IMG/VR virus record: IMGVR_UViG_3300037358_000205
Reading direction: 5' to 3' (one strand)
Length of the DNA stretch: 64,000 nt
DNA from: an uncultured virus (IMG/VR IMGVR_UViG_3300037358_000205)
Taxonomy: Duplodnaviria > Heunggongvirae > Uroviricota > Caudoviricetes
Below the pieces are notes generated by a model that saw nothing but the letters and a program-made list of their open reading frames with translations, was not told where the DNA came from and searched no databases. Positions 19,090-28,929 of the stretch are shown here, in pieces (position 1 is the stretch's first letter; every line of letters begins with the position of its first letter). Made by a program: the position numbers and the translations under genes.

Positions 19090-19709
19090 CGAACTTTGTC
19101 GCCACCAAGGCAATTCAAGTACCGAATCAGGGACCGCCCCCTGACGATTTCATCGCGTTGTTGCTGGCCTTTGGGACGGTCGCTGGGGATTACGTGTTCG
19201 AGTTCAACGAGAACAACGACATCTTTTCGATTATCGGGCCGATTCTCGGAACGGTTGATCCTCAGACGGGAGCGGTATCATGGCCGGGAGGGATAGCGCA
19301 ACGCAGGGCGGCGTTGCTGGTGGCGCTGCTTTATGATGCCGGGTTTGAAAGCTCGTGGAACCTACAGTGTGGGGTTGATATGGAGCCCGGAGCGGGAACC
19401 GGGCGTCCTGCGAGCGAATGGGAGGCCGGGGCGTGGCAGGTATCGCAAAACAGCATGATCTTTGACCGGACGTTGCTGGATTTGGTTGCGGCCCACTGCG
19501 GGGGATTGACGGACCCGGCGACATTCCAGGCCGGCATGAAAGCTGATAAACTTCTGGCGGTTTATTACGCGGGGTGGCTTTTCCGATACGACACCGAATG
19601 GAGCGGCCCGTGCGATAGTGGCGACCTAGCGGCGGCGATGTCTGTGGAGAACGGCGCGCAGGCTATCGCGGCGATGAATGAGTTGATGGCGCTGATTGCA
19701 GCCGCGTGA
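19086..19709 (+). CDS. Lysozyme-like/transglycosylase endolysin candidate
   Basis: ESSWN...EAGAWQVS motif pair typical of lytic transglycosylase folds. Confidence 0.55.
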   Translation: MTNFVATKAIQVPNQGPPPDDFIALLLAFGTVAGDYVFEFNENNDIFSIIGPILGTVDPQTGAVSWPGGIAQRRAALLVALLYDAGFESSWNLQCGVDMEPGAGTGRPASEWEAGAWQVSQNSMIFDRTLLDLVAAHCGGLTDPATFQAGMKADKLLAVYYAGWLFRYDTEWSGPCDSGDLAAAMSVENGAQAIAAMNELMALIAAA

Positions 19710-19874
19710 AAAGGAACGCCATCGTGATTGCGTGGGTGGACCTGGTGCTGTGCCTGGCGCTGATCGCCAGCGGCATCAGGTTCCACGATTGGAAGCCGGT
19801 GGTTGGCGGCGTTGTCGCGGGGTTGTTTATCGTGTGGGTTCTCAGGAGATTGATAAAGGCGGACCGGGGACATT

Positions 19875-20081
19875 ATGAGTAGGTCTCGGCGGCGTCCAAT
19901 ATTTGGTGGAAAACCGGAATCCAGGCCGGGACTCGGGGACCGAATTGAAAAAATTGTAAAGCCCATCGCCAAGGCTCTAAAAATGAAATGTCTCGACGAG
20001 AAAAATCGACTAAGGGCCGGAAGCCCGTGCGCGAAACGCCGAGACGCGGCAAACAGGCTTGGTAAGGGGATTGGTTTATGA
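19875..20081 (+). CDS. Small hypothetical phage protein
   Basis: GLGDRIEKI...C..PCAKRR..N pattern; stop overlaps next start. Confidence 0.55.
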   Translation: MSRSRRRPIFGGKPESRPGLGDRIEKIVKPIAKALKMKCLDEKNRLRAGSPCAKRRDAANRLGKGIGL

Positions 20082-20344
20082 GCCGCGCGAAGCTGGTGGA
20101 TTCCGCGGAGGCGAAAAAGTTGGTAGGCGAGGCGATACGGGCGGGCCTTATCAAGCCGGCGCCAGAGGACCTTGAGGACGCGTATTGCTATGTTCACCCC
20201 TTGAGGGTATGCCCGGTGTGCGACAAACCGACGCGGTTGCCGGTCATGAGGCAAATCACGAGAGGGAAGCTCTATGGGTGCATTTACTGGACGTGCGGGG
20301 AGTGCGGCGCGGAACATTTGGGCGCTGGAAGCCTGATAAAATAG
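20078..20344 (+). CDS. Zinc-ribbon protein
   Basis: CPVC...CGEC. Confidence 0.6.
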   Translation: MSRAKLVDSAEAKKLVGEAIRAGLIKPAPEDLEDAYCYVHPLRVCPVCDKPTRLPVMRQITRGKLYGCIYWTCGECGAEHLGAGSLIK

Positions 20345-20380
20345 TGGACAGAAAAGTAACTTTGTGAAGAGGACAGCCCC

Positions 20381-21463
20381 ATGAAAGAGCAGAACCTTGA
20401 CACGATGGACCTTTGCATTTCCGGCGTAACGCTCCGGTGGGAAGAAGATGGCGTGGAACTTTGCGCCGATGGATCGACTTCGTTCGCGGACGGCCCCTTC
20501 GCCGGCCAGAACTTCAAGCCGAATAAGTGGCGAGCCTACATGCAATTCCACATCCAGCACGCGATGCCGGTGGTTGCGGGGCCGACGATGAAAGGGAACC
20601 ATCTGGCGTACCATCCCGCCGTGATCGAGCGGAGCGTCCACGGCCTGATTCACCAGCAGATGAACCTCGAGCATCGGATCAAGCGTTATCACCCGGACAA
20701 CAAGGCCATCCGCGACCGGATTGTTGGCGCGGTTGTGGGTGTTCATTTCCCCAAGCGTCCGATAACGGGCTGGCAGATCCCCGCGGACCCGGAAGCAGCT
20801 CCGTACATCACGGCGGTTGCGGCGATTTTCAAGCAAGCCGAGGGGGTGCCGAGAGTTATCGGTGAGCATCAATCGAGCAGCAAGGTTTGGAATAACTCCA
20901 TCGAGATTCTGTACCCGCTCGATGAAATGGGACTGTTTATCCCCAGCACGCGGGAAGTTATTCCGACCCTCGCGGAGCTGCCCCCGGCGATGAAGAACGC
21001 GATAACGCGCGACCCCAAGACCAATCATCTTCTGGCCGGGAAGTACCGGGGCGAGCAAATGGCGCTGGCGCCCGGTGGCATTAACGGGACGATTGACTAC
21101 CAGGGCGTAGGAATGACGAAGTTTCCGGCTGAGAAGACGGCGGGGATAGATCAAATCCTCGCGTCGGGGAAGGAAGTCGGCACGGAGATGGAATCGGCTG
21201 AGACGGAGGAAGGCAACATGCTGGTCGCGGTGCAGGCCGAAGCCCATTCGATGATGATGTTCGTCAAGGGGGTGAGCTTTCTGGACGCGCAAGGGCGACG
21301 CGTATGGGCGCGAGTGAAGGAGATTACTCAGGAGGGGATCGTGAAGCTGGACGGATGCGAGATGCAGGCCACGCCGGAAAACCCGGTATTGCTGGTGAGG
21401 ACTGTGATCGAGGGGCGGGTGTACGAGCTCTTGAGGAAGTTGAGCGGCGTGGCGGTCGTCTAG
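20381..21463 (+). CDS. Prohead protease-like protein
   Basis: MNLEH...IVGAV pattern and position before scaffold/capsid; inferred. Confidence 0.5.
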   Translation: MKEQNLDTMDLCISGVTLRWEEDGVELCADGSTSFADGPFAGQNFKPNKWRAYMQFHIQHAMPVVAGPTMKGNHLAYHPAVIERSVHGLIHQQMNLEHRIKRYHPDNKAIRDRIVGAVVGVHFPKRPITGWQIPADPEAAPYITAVAAIFKQAEGVPRVIGEHQSSSKVWNNSIEILYPLDEMGLFIPSTREVIPTLAELPPAMKNAITRDPKTNHLLAGKYRGEQMALAPGGINGTIDYQGVGMTKFPAEKTAGIDQILASGKEVGTEMESAETEEGNMLVAVQAEAHSMMMFVKGVSFLDAQGRRVWARVKEITQEGIVKLDGCEMQATPENPVLLVRTVIEGRVYELLRKLSGVAVV

Positions 21464-21495
21464 TCGGCGGGATGCTTCACGCGTGAAGCGGTTTT

Positions 21496-21530
21496 GAGGT
21501 CGGCGGGAATTCCCGCCGGCCTCTTTTTTT
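21496..21530 (+). terminator. Intrinsic terminator
   Basis: GAGGTCGGCGGG-aatt-CCCGCCGGCCTC followed by T7. Confidence 0.85.
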
Positions 21531-21627
21531 ATAAGTAAAAAAGGAAATATGACAAAATTTCATTGACGCTGCCGGAGGTCTGTGAAATCGCGACACCCAT
21601 CACCGGAAACCAATCCAAATAAATCCA

Positions 21628-22629
21628 ATGAAACACCGTCATAAGCCCTCCCTCATCAAACATACCCTGCTTTGCGCAGCCCTACTGTTCACCGTTTGCG
21701 CCGGAATCGGCGTGGCGGCAACCATCCCCAGCCCGCCCGCTACCACCCTTTCCGCCCCTGCCTCCCACGGCGGCGGCGCCCTCGCCCTTACCCTACTTCC
21801 GGCTGCCGTTGGGATCGTTGTAACCAGCGAATCCGCGAAGACCTCGCTGGAGAAGTTGAAGGGCCATATCGACACCCTCAAGGGTCAAGCCAACGATTGG
21901 CTGTCGGGGCTTAAACCGCTGGAGCAGCATCAGGGCGCGGAGCAACTCGGCTACGTGTTTAACCGGCTCAAGAGCGCCCACGGCGATTTGACCGACATGC
22001 TTGACCGCTTCAAGACAAGCATGGTGCCGCAATTCGAGACGGCCATGCAGGAAGGCTTCGAGGCCCTCAAGAAAGACGAGACGCTTATCGCCGGAGTCCG
22101 CGACCAGATTTTGCAGGGCGGCGAGTACGTGAAGAAAACCGACGCGGATGGACGTGTGCAGGCCGCACAGCAGAGCGCCCGCACGGAAGCCAAGACCGAG
22201 TTTGCGGCTGAGGCGCAGCAAGCGGCGACCATCGCCACCCGGCGCGGCGAGGTTATTACCGCACTGGCCCTTGTCCTCAAGACCAAGACTGACGACGGGC
22301 GCAAGGCCGCCACGGAGCTTTGCGGCAAGATGGGCGACGAAGCCCTCCTGGCCGACAACTACAAGACTCTGGTCACGGCGGCGGGCGAGCGACTCGGCAA
22401 AGCTGTCAAGCTGGGTGTCACCAAGCCGGAAATCCTGCAAGAGCTTTGCTCCACGGATAAAGCGGCCTTCTCGATGAATGACGCGGCGTTCGACCGCCAG
22501 ATCGGGACGTGGACCGAGATCGCAGCGGGCGCTGGCGCGACCACTCGCCTCAATCCCTTTGCCGTTAATCAGCAGGAGCGGCAGAGCGCGGAAACCACCA
22601 CCAAGAAGACGCGGCGGATCATCTGCTAA
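21628..22629 (+). CDS. Capsid scaffolding-like coiled-coil protein with hydrophobic leader
   Basis: Helical charged body, NPF near the C-terminus, position upstream of decoration/capsid genes. Confidence 0.5.
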   Translation: MKHRHKPSLIKHTLLCAALLFTVCAGIGVAATIPSPPATTLSAPASHGGGALALTLLPAAVGIVVTSESAKTSLEKLKGHIDTLKGQANDWLSGLKPLEQHQGAEQLGYVFNRLKSAHGDLTDMLDRFKTSMVPQFETAMQEGFEALKKDETLIAGVRDQILQGGEYVKKTDADGRVQAAQQSARTEAKTEFAAEAQQAATIATRRGEVITALALVLKTKTDDGRKAATELCGKMGDEALLADNYKTLVTAAGERLGKAVKLGVTKPEILQELCSTDKAAFSMNDAAFDRQIGTWTEIAAGAGATTRLNPFAVNQQERQSAETTTKKTRRIIC

Positions 22630-22685
22630 CCCGGCGAGTCCAAACCACCCACCGATAAAACCACCACCACCAAGAAAGAAATCCA

Positions 22686-23540
22686 ATGCTTCAAGACCTC
22701 ATTCGAATCCGCAAGCGGATGGACGGCCAAATTATCAGCGGTCTGGTAAATTTTGGCCCCGCCCCGCTCGGACTCTTCGTTAACTACGATCCCGCGAACC
22801 TCGCGGGTCCGAACCTGATCCCGTCCACGGGACGCGGCCCGGCCTACTCGCTCATGCGCCAGGTCCTCGCCGCTGGCCTGTCCGTGCCTCTGGCGAACTT
22901 CGTGTTCGACCGCAGCACCATCATCAACCCGGTGCCCAACGGCAACGCGGTATCCGCCTCGCGCCTTCTGGAAGCCGAACTGGAAGGCCCGACGCTTCTG
23001 CCGGCAGGCGCTGGCGGCACGGCCCAAGTGGACACGGCGACCTGTGTGGGCACGGTCACAGGGGCGGGCAATGCCGCCGTGACAGTCACCGGAGCACTTA
23101 TCGCCGGAAGCCCGGTGGTCCTCGCGGTAGCCGTCGCCGATGGTGACACCCCGGCTGTGTACGCCCCGAAGATTGCGGCGGCGATCAACGCCAACGCGGC
23201 CATCGCGGCGATGTACACTGCCACGTCCGCTGGGGCGACCGTGATCCTGACGGCAAACGAGCCGACGGCCAATGACGGCACGCTCAATATCGCCGTCGCG
23301 ACGGGAACAGCGACGGGGATTACGACGGAGGCGGATAGCGTGAACACGACGGCCGGTGTGGCTTCGAACCCCGGCGCAATCACTCCCATCACCGCGGCCA
23401 ATACCGCGCTCTCCACCTACAACGGTGGCCTGATCGTGGCGGCAGGCAGCGCCGAGGTTGTCGGGTATCTGAGGGGTCAACTGACTCCGATGAACGCACT
23501 CAACCCCACCCGCATCCTCGTGCAGTTCACGGGCAACTAA
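22686..23540 (+). CDS. Head decoration-like structural protein with inserted beta-rich domain
   Basis: Position before the MCP candidate; A/T/G/V-rich domain shared with 24893-26077. Confidence 0.5.
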   Translation: MLQDLIRIRKRMDGQIISGLVNFGPAPLGLFVNYDPANLAGPNLIPSTGRGPAYSLMRQVLAAGLSVPLANFVFDRSTIINPVPNGNAVSASRLLEAELEGPTLLPAGAGGTAQVDTATCVGTVTGAGNAAVTVTGALIAGSPVVLAVAVADGDTPAVYAPKIAAAINANAAIAAMYTATSAGATVILTANEPTANDGTLNIAVATGTATGITTEADSVNTTAGVASNPGAITPITAANTALSTYNGGLIVAAGSAEVVGYLRGQLTPMNALNPTRILVQFTGN

Positions 23541-23593
23541 CCAAGTAGCAACCAAGCAACCAATCAGCAGAACTTAGAAAAGTAACTTTTCTT

Positions 23594-24820
23594 ATGATCG
23601 TTAATCCCAATGCAATCCGGGTGAAGCCCTGGAGTATGGCACGCCGCGAGACCTTCCTGAAGAGTCAGGCCGAGCGCGCAAAGCACATGATTATGGGCGC
23701 ACTCGGACAGGAGTTGTCCGCCGCGCTCACTCTCACCAAGGAGCAACTCGACGAAAGCCGGGTGTACTTCGCGGAACTCTGCGCGTCCGCCGATGGCGGC
23801 GACCGCGTGGCACAGTCGGAGATGCAGGAAATCCGTATCTGGAGCGTCCAGAATTTCCTCGTCGCCGGCCTGAACTACGGCTCCTTCTTTGAGGTTCTGA
23901 ACCTCGAAAAAGGCGATGTCCCGTACATCGAGAACACCACGCGCCAAGAGGCAATGGTGTCCTTCGTTGGACAGGATGGCGGCGAAGTGCGCTGGCAGGC
24001 GTTCGTCAACTGGACCAATACGCAGATCCCCGCGTTCTGGCTCACCAGCAATGACTTCGAGTACCCGCTCGTGGACGAATACACAGGCGAGGTTGCCGAC
24101 CGCTCCAAGAGCAATGTGGACATCGCGTTCGACCTCAACATGAAGCTGGACGCGATCCTGTTCGGCTACTTGCAGGCGTTGATCGGCGTGTTCAACAATG
24201 CCGGCGATCCCGCGACCCGCGTATTCGTGGCGCACACCCGCATCAATCAGGCGAACCTTCCGACCACGAACCTCCTGGTTCCCGGCGACACCGACGACAC
24301 CACCCTCTTCCGCAAGTCCTGCATGGACGCGATCCTCGCGTACTGCAAGGCGTGGGGCGATCAAGCGTTCGAAGATGGACCTCTCCTCCCGGTGGCGGTG
24401 TATGTGCCTTCCTCGCACATCACCGGCTTCCTCGACGAAGTGGATGTCTCCAACCCGGTGAACGAGTACAGCGCCCAAATCTGGGAGTTCGGAATGATTA
24501 TGAACTACGCGGGAAGCCGCTGGGCGTTCATTGCTGATCCGACTCTCGATCCCGGCGCCGGTGTTGCCTACGTCAAGTTCAATAAGGCGATTGGCAAGCT
24601 GTACACGAAGACAGGCCTCGACAAGATGATCGTGGACAACAGCGTGGCGATGCAGAAGCAGAACATGGAGTCCGTCAGCGAGCGGAAGGTGTTCTTCGCT
24701 GCCATCCCCAATCAGGCGCGTATCAACATCGCCGCGGTCCAGTACCGCACCCCGGCTGCGTTGACCGCCGCCCGCACGGTGCAGGACAGCTTCAACCCCG
24801 GAGGCGCTCCGCTCCAGTAA
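23594..24820 (+). CDS. Major capsid protein (probable)
   Basis: 408 aa, strongly C/G-ending codons, position after scaffold/decoration, followed by a hairpin; fold inferred. Confidence 0.65.
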   Translation: MIVNPNAIRVKPWSMARRETFLKSQAERAKHMIMGALGQELSAALTLTKEQLDESRVYFAELCASADGGDRVAQSEMQEIRIWSVQNFLVAGLNYGSFFEVLNLEKGDVPYIENTTRQEAMVSFVGQDGGEVRWQAFVNWTNTQIPAFWLTSNDFEYPLVDEYTGEVADRSKSNVDIAFDLNMKLDAILFGYLQALIGVFNNAGDPATRVFVAHTRINQANLPTTNLLVPGDTDDTTLFRKSCMDAILAYCKAWGDQAFEDGPLLPVAVYVPSSHITGFLDEVDVSNPVNEYSAQIWEFGMIMNYAGSRWAFIADPTLDPGAGVAYVKFNKAIGKLYTKTGLDKMIVDNSVAMQKQNMESVSERKVFFAAIPNQARINIAAVQYRTPAALTAARTVQDSFNPGGAPLQ

Positions 24821-24835
24821 CCTCAACGCGGCTGA

Positions 24836-24862
24836 TCGGCGGGGGGAATCCTCCCCCGCCGA
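24836..24862 (+). terminator. GC-rich hairpin after the capsid gene
   Basis: TCGGCGGGGG..CCCCCGCCGA; no U-tract. Confidence 0.45.
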
Positions 24863-24892
24863 GAGGCGGCAAAAGGAAAACACCAACTACTT

Positions 24893-26077
24893 ATGAAATG
24901 CTCTCCTGCTCCCATTGCGGACTCTGATTTGCAAACGGCCATTGATCCCGAGATCGGTGCCGAAAAGCAACTTTTCGTCAGCTACAACCCGTGGAACTAT
25001 CTCGGTGACATCGCGCAAATCTTCGGCGGCACTCCTCAAGTGACCACGGCGACCTGCGCGGGCGAAGTTACCGAGGCTGGCAATGCCGCTGTGACAGTCA
25101 CCGGAGCCGGCATCGCCGGAAGCCCGGTAGCCGTCCCTGTGGCCGTCGCTGTTGACGACACGCCCACCCTGTACGCTGCGAAGATTGCGGCGGCGATCAA
25201 CCTCAACGCCGCAATCGCGGCGCTATATGTGGCTTCGTCCAGCGCGGCGAAAGTGATCCTGACGGCGATAGCACCCGCTGCCAATGACGCCACCCTCAAT
25301 ATCGCCATCGCGACGGGGACGGCGACGGGGATTACTGCGGCTCCCGATAGCGCGGATACGACGGCTGGCGCGATTGGTACGGGCACTTACACGCCCAACC
25401 CGATTGCGGTTCCCGCCGCAGCCGGAGCCGGGTTCGACCTCCAGCTCATCAGCACCAATGGCGCTCTCTCGGCCTGCGAGATTGTGGCGCTCCTCAGTGT
25501 CGTCTTCGCGGACTCCACTGCTGGGACGGCGACCGCGACGTTCGCGATCCCGGCGCGTGCCGTCAACCAGGCATCCTCCGTCCCGGCCGGGACGGCGGTT
25601 GACATCGCAGGCGTTGGCGACGGCGCTGGCAAGCAAATCGCCTCGATCACCGGGCTGGTAAGCATCGTGGGCGGCTATGTCGGAAACCAGTTCAAGCTGG
25701 TAGCATTGCCGGACGCGGATTCCTACAGCCTCGTTGGCTTCGTGACCGAAGCCGGCCTCAAGCTGCCGGTGTCCGGTAGCGTGGCGATTGCGGACGGGTT
25801 TGACGGCTCCGCGGCCATCAAGCGCGGTCGCTCGGAACCCGGCAGCCTCACGGCGAAAAGCCACTACATCGACTACATGAGCGGGCTCGCCCGCATCAAT
25901 GGGTTCTTTGTCACTGGCCGAATCGACGTGCTCAAGGATGACCGCGTGCTCACCGAGCGCACGATCATTGGCCGGTGGAAGGCCATGTGCAACCCGACGC
26001 GCGGCGATGGCAACGACCCGGTGATGGGCGATGCCGAAGGATCGTTTCAGGAGTTCGCGATCTTCGTCGCTCCGTAA
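24893..26077 (+). CDS. Structural protein (tail tube candidate) with inserted beta-rich domain
   Basis: Highly biased codons, beta-rich C-half; shares an approximately 110-aa domain with 22686-23540. Confidence 0.5.
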   Translation: MKCSPAPIADSDLQTAIDPEIGAEKQLFVSYNPWNYLGDIAQIFGGTPQVTTATCAGEVTEAGNAAVTVTGAGIAGSPVAVPVAVAVDDTPTLYAAKIAAAINLNAAIAALYVASSSAAKVILTAIAPAANDATLNIAIATGTATGITAAPDSADTTAGAIGTGTYTPNPIAVPAAAGAGFDLQLISTNGALSACEIVALLSVVFADSTAGTATATFAIPARAVNQASSVPAGTAVDIAGVGDGAGKQIASITGLVSIVGGYVGNQFKLVALPDADSYSLVGFVTEAGLKLPVSGSVAIADGFDGSAAIKRGRSEPGSLTAKSHYIDYMSGLARINGFFVTGRIDVLKDDRVLTERTIIGRWKAMCNPTRGDGNDPVMGDAEGSFQEFAIFVAP

Positions 26078-26091
26078 CTGATTCGCCAAGG

Positions 26092-26131
26092 AGAAGCCGC
26101 CGCCTTACTGCAAAGTGGGGCGGCGGTTTTC
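26092..26131 (+). terminator. Intrinsic terminator
   Basis: GCCGCCGCCTTAC..GTGGGGCGGCGGT followed by TTT. Confidence 0.6.
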
Positions 26132-26242
26132 CCGTTATTAACCGCCGCGTGGCATTCATCCTGCCGGAAGGTACGATTTACGAAGAATTGTTTGGTTATC
26201 CCGAAGGGTAGTCACAAAGTCGCAACTTAGGTCCGTTCACTT

Positions 26243-26788
26243 ATGCTTATATCCACGCTTTTCACCCCGATGCGCGTTGTGCTGGGAGACAATGACACGC
26301 AGGGCTCGCAAGAGTTCACTGACGACCAGCTTGCAGAGGGTGTCCAGACCGCGTATCTACTGGCGAGCTTCCCGAGCGGGACGTGTCCGACACAGCCTTA
26401 TCAGCTTATCGATTCGGGGACCGGGGCTGTGGATTTGTTCAGCGGCAATGCGGACACGATCGCGCCGGACCCCACGGTAATTGATTTCGCGATCATGATG
26501 TGCGAGGCGTGTCAGGCACTCATGGTGGGCGACCAGGGGGCATTCAGCGTGCAGACGCGGGCCATCAGTGAGACGGACCACGGCGAGCGGAAGCGCGACA
26601 TCCTTCAATACGTGCGGCTAAGGATTCACACCCTCAAGGATGGGGATACCGTGTTCGCCACGCGCGAGAATTTCACGGCGTTCATGATGACGCTCGACAG
26701 CTTCGCGGATCTGGCGGAGGTCAAGCAATCGGGGGCCATCAACATCGACGTGAATGTGGCGAGCGACAACGTAAGCATCTTCCTGTAG
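26243..26788 (+). CDS. Head-tail adaptor-like protein
   Basis: MRVVLGD....FTDDQL N-terminus typical of adaptor proteins; position. Confidence 0.55.
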   Translation: MLISTLFTPMRVVLGDNDTQGSQEFTDDQLAEGVQTAYLLASFPSGTCPTQPYQLIDSGTGAVDLFSGNADTIAPDPTVIDFAIMMCEACQALMVGDQGAFSVQTRAISETDHGERKRDILQYVRLRIHTLKDGDTVFATRENFTAFMMTLDSFADLAEVKQSGAINIDVNVASDNVSIFL

Positions 26789-26794
26789 CCAATT

Positions 26795-27727
26795 ATGAAC
26801 TACGGCCAGATACCCTTCTCTCAGTGGGAGGCGGATATTGCGGTGTACCTCTCGGACGCGAGCGGCAACACCGTAGGCGGCGCGTCTCCGATTTGGCTTG
26901 GGGGTACGCCTTCGAAAAGTAACTTTTCGGATGGGTTCAAGGAGGAGGAGGCGAATATCTCCGGCCAACCGGGGGTGAACATCCAACACCTCGAGGAAAC
27001 GCATGGCATCGAGTTGGAGAATGTGTGGATGGCGCGGGCGGATCAGCCGGTGGGCGGTGTTGTTCCGGTGGAAGTGCTGGGCCTTGACCGCAATCAATTC
27101 TATTCCATCGCGATTATCTGGACGGATGAGGAGACGGGCGTGTGGGTCAAGCGGGTTTACTACGGGGTAAAGCTACCTGAGTTGTCCATGAGCACGGAGA
27201 ATCAGGTGATGGCGCAGAAAATGAAGTTCGAGGGGGGGACGATGTTACAGACGGCGGGGACACCCCAGCAGGCGCCGGATGAAGGAGTAGCCCTCTACGG
27301 CCGAGTCCAGTACGTGAATACTCTTGGACAGGCGACGGACATTTACACCTACGACTTCGGGACACGGGTTTTCTCTCCCGTTGGGGGTGGCGTGCCCGGT
27401 AATTCGGTAGGATGGGACGGGACTGAAAACGAGATAACCGTGGCGGGGATGGTTGCCTTGATCGTCACGGAGGCGGGCCAGGTGCAGGTGGAGCAACTGA
27501 GTGCGGGTGGCACTTATAACAACCCGCCCCGGCTGGACTTCTACGCTGGAGCTTCGCGGATCGCGTCGGTGAGCGCGGCGGGAGTGCTTGCCGTGACATC
27601 CTTTCGGGAGACGGACGTGGACCCCGGCTTGCCTTTGGGATTCGCGCTTGTGGACAGCGAGGGGCACTGGCTTGCAACCATTGACGCAACGGGGGTGTAC
27701 GCGCCCTCGATTACTGACGACCTATGA
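26795..27727 (+). CDS. Structural protein
   Basis: 310-aa ORF; C-half paralogous to 27969-28823. Confidence 0.6.
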   Translation: MNYGQIPFSQWEADIAVYLSDASGNTVGGASPIWLGGTPSKSNFSDGFKEEEANISGQPGVNIQHLEETHGIELENVWMARADQPVGGVVPVEVLGLDRNQFYSIAIIWTDEETGVWVKRVYYGVKLPELSMSTENQVMAQKMKFEGGTMLQTAGTPQQAPDEGVALYGRVQYVNTLGQATDIYTYDFGTRVFSPVGGGVPGNSVGWDGTENEITVAGMVALIVTEAGQVQVEQLSAGGTYNNPPRLDFYAGASRIASVSAAGVLAVTSFRETDVDPGLPLGFALVDSEGHWLATIDATGVYAPSITDDL

Positions 27728-27972
27728 GGAACGGCGCCACCGAATCCGATGACATGGATGGGCTTCGCAAGACGCGAAGAGCGTCCACGCATGGAGTGGA
27801 AGAAGCGGGGGTGGAATATGGAACGATGGGGGACACAAAGAGGGCGCTGAATGAGGCCCTTGCCCGCAGGCATCTTCAACTCCCATCGTGGAGGGAGCGC
27901 GCGGCCCGGTATCACGAACAAGCGGGCACCCCTAAAACGGACGCGGATGATGAACCTCTTGTGATTCTATGA
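27724..27972 (+). CDS. Small hypothetical protein
   Basis: ATGA overlaps at both ends. Confidence 0.5.
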   Translation: MRNGATESDDMDGLRKTRRASTHGVEEAGVEYGTMGDTKRALNEALARRHLQLPSWRERAARYHEQAGTPKTDADDEPLVIL

Positions 27973-28823
27973 GCACCTTCACTAATCTCATTCGCAGGGC
28001 GAGCGGCAAATTCATGGTCGATGTGGTGATTGCCTTTACCGAGGGGGCGGCGGTGCCGGATACCAACGTCGAAGGCAGTTACGTGGGGGGGGATGAAATC
28101 CGGCACATCGAGCAAGGGCTTCTGACCTACGCGGCGGCGGCGCAAGGGAAGTCGCGTGGATGGATGGAGCAGATAGATTGCGACCTCGTGATTGACTTCT
28201 ATCCCGAGGTTGACTTGAGCGGGGACAACGTGCGCTTCATCGTCAACGGGGAGGAGTACGTGCAGAAGAACACGGGGCGAAACGTCACTGATTTCTTCAC
28301 GCGAGCGGGTGCGGATACCGCGTTTCGGACGGTGGCATTGATGAGGACGGGCAAGATCGAGGGCTATATCCGGTACACGGATTCGACGCAGACGGCGGAC
28401 CTGATCCATTACGACCCAATCAAGAAGCAGGTTGTGTGGATCAATACCGATCCGTCCCCGGTGGGGCTGGCGGATTTCTCCACGGCCCCGGTTGACGGGA
28501 ACCTCCTGGAAGTCAGCGTGGCGGGCGTGCTGGCGCTGGCTGTCGATCCCGCGAAGTCGATTCACGCACTCGACATCATCGCAGCGACGATTTCGACCAT
28601 GAGCGCGGCCCCGCTCCCCAGGCTGGAATTTTACATGGGGCAGTCGCAGATTGCCGCGCTGACGGCCACGGGGGGTTTGTACGTGCGGGCGTTCAACCAG
28701 ACGACAACGATGCCCGTGGGCAGGAAGGATGAATGGGATGTCTTCGCGGCGGATGGGGTGACGTGGCTGTTGGGGTTGCGGGATGCGGGGCTGTTCGGGG
28801 CGTCCGTCACGCAGGGCTTTTGA
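27969..28823 (+). CDS. Structural protein (head-closure-like N-half)
   Basis: 284-aa ORF; C-half paralogous to 26795-27727. Confidence 0.55.
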   Translation: MSTFTNLIRRASGKFMVDVVIAFTEGAAVPDTNVEGSYVGGDEIRHIEQGLLTYAAAAQGKSRGWMEQIDCDLVIDFYPEVDLSGDNVRFIVNGEEYVQKNTGRNVTDFFTRAGADTAFRTVALMRTGKIEGYIRYTDSTQTADLIHYDPIKKQVVWINTDPSPVGLADFSTAPVDGNLLEVSVAGVLALAVDPAKSIHALDIIAATISTMSAAPLPRLEFYMGQSQIAALTATGGLYVRAFNQTTTMPVGRKDEWDVFAADGVTWLLGLRDAGLFGASVTQGF

Positions 28824-28929
28824 CCAGCTTGAAGCTGGACACATTATGCTTCACGCGTGAAGCAAACGCGGTGATTGACGGCGCGGCCAAGCTGGGCGAA
28901 AACGTCTCCGTGACAAATTCGACAAGTCG

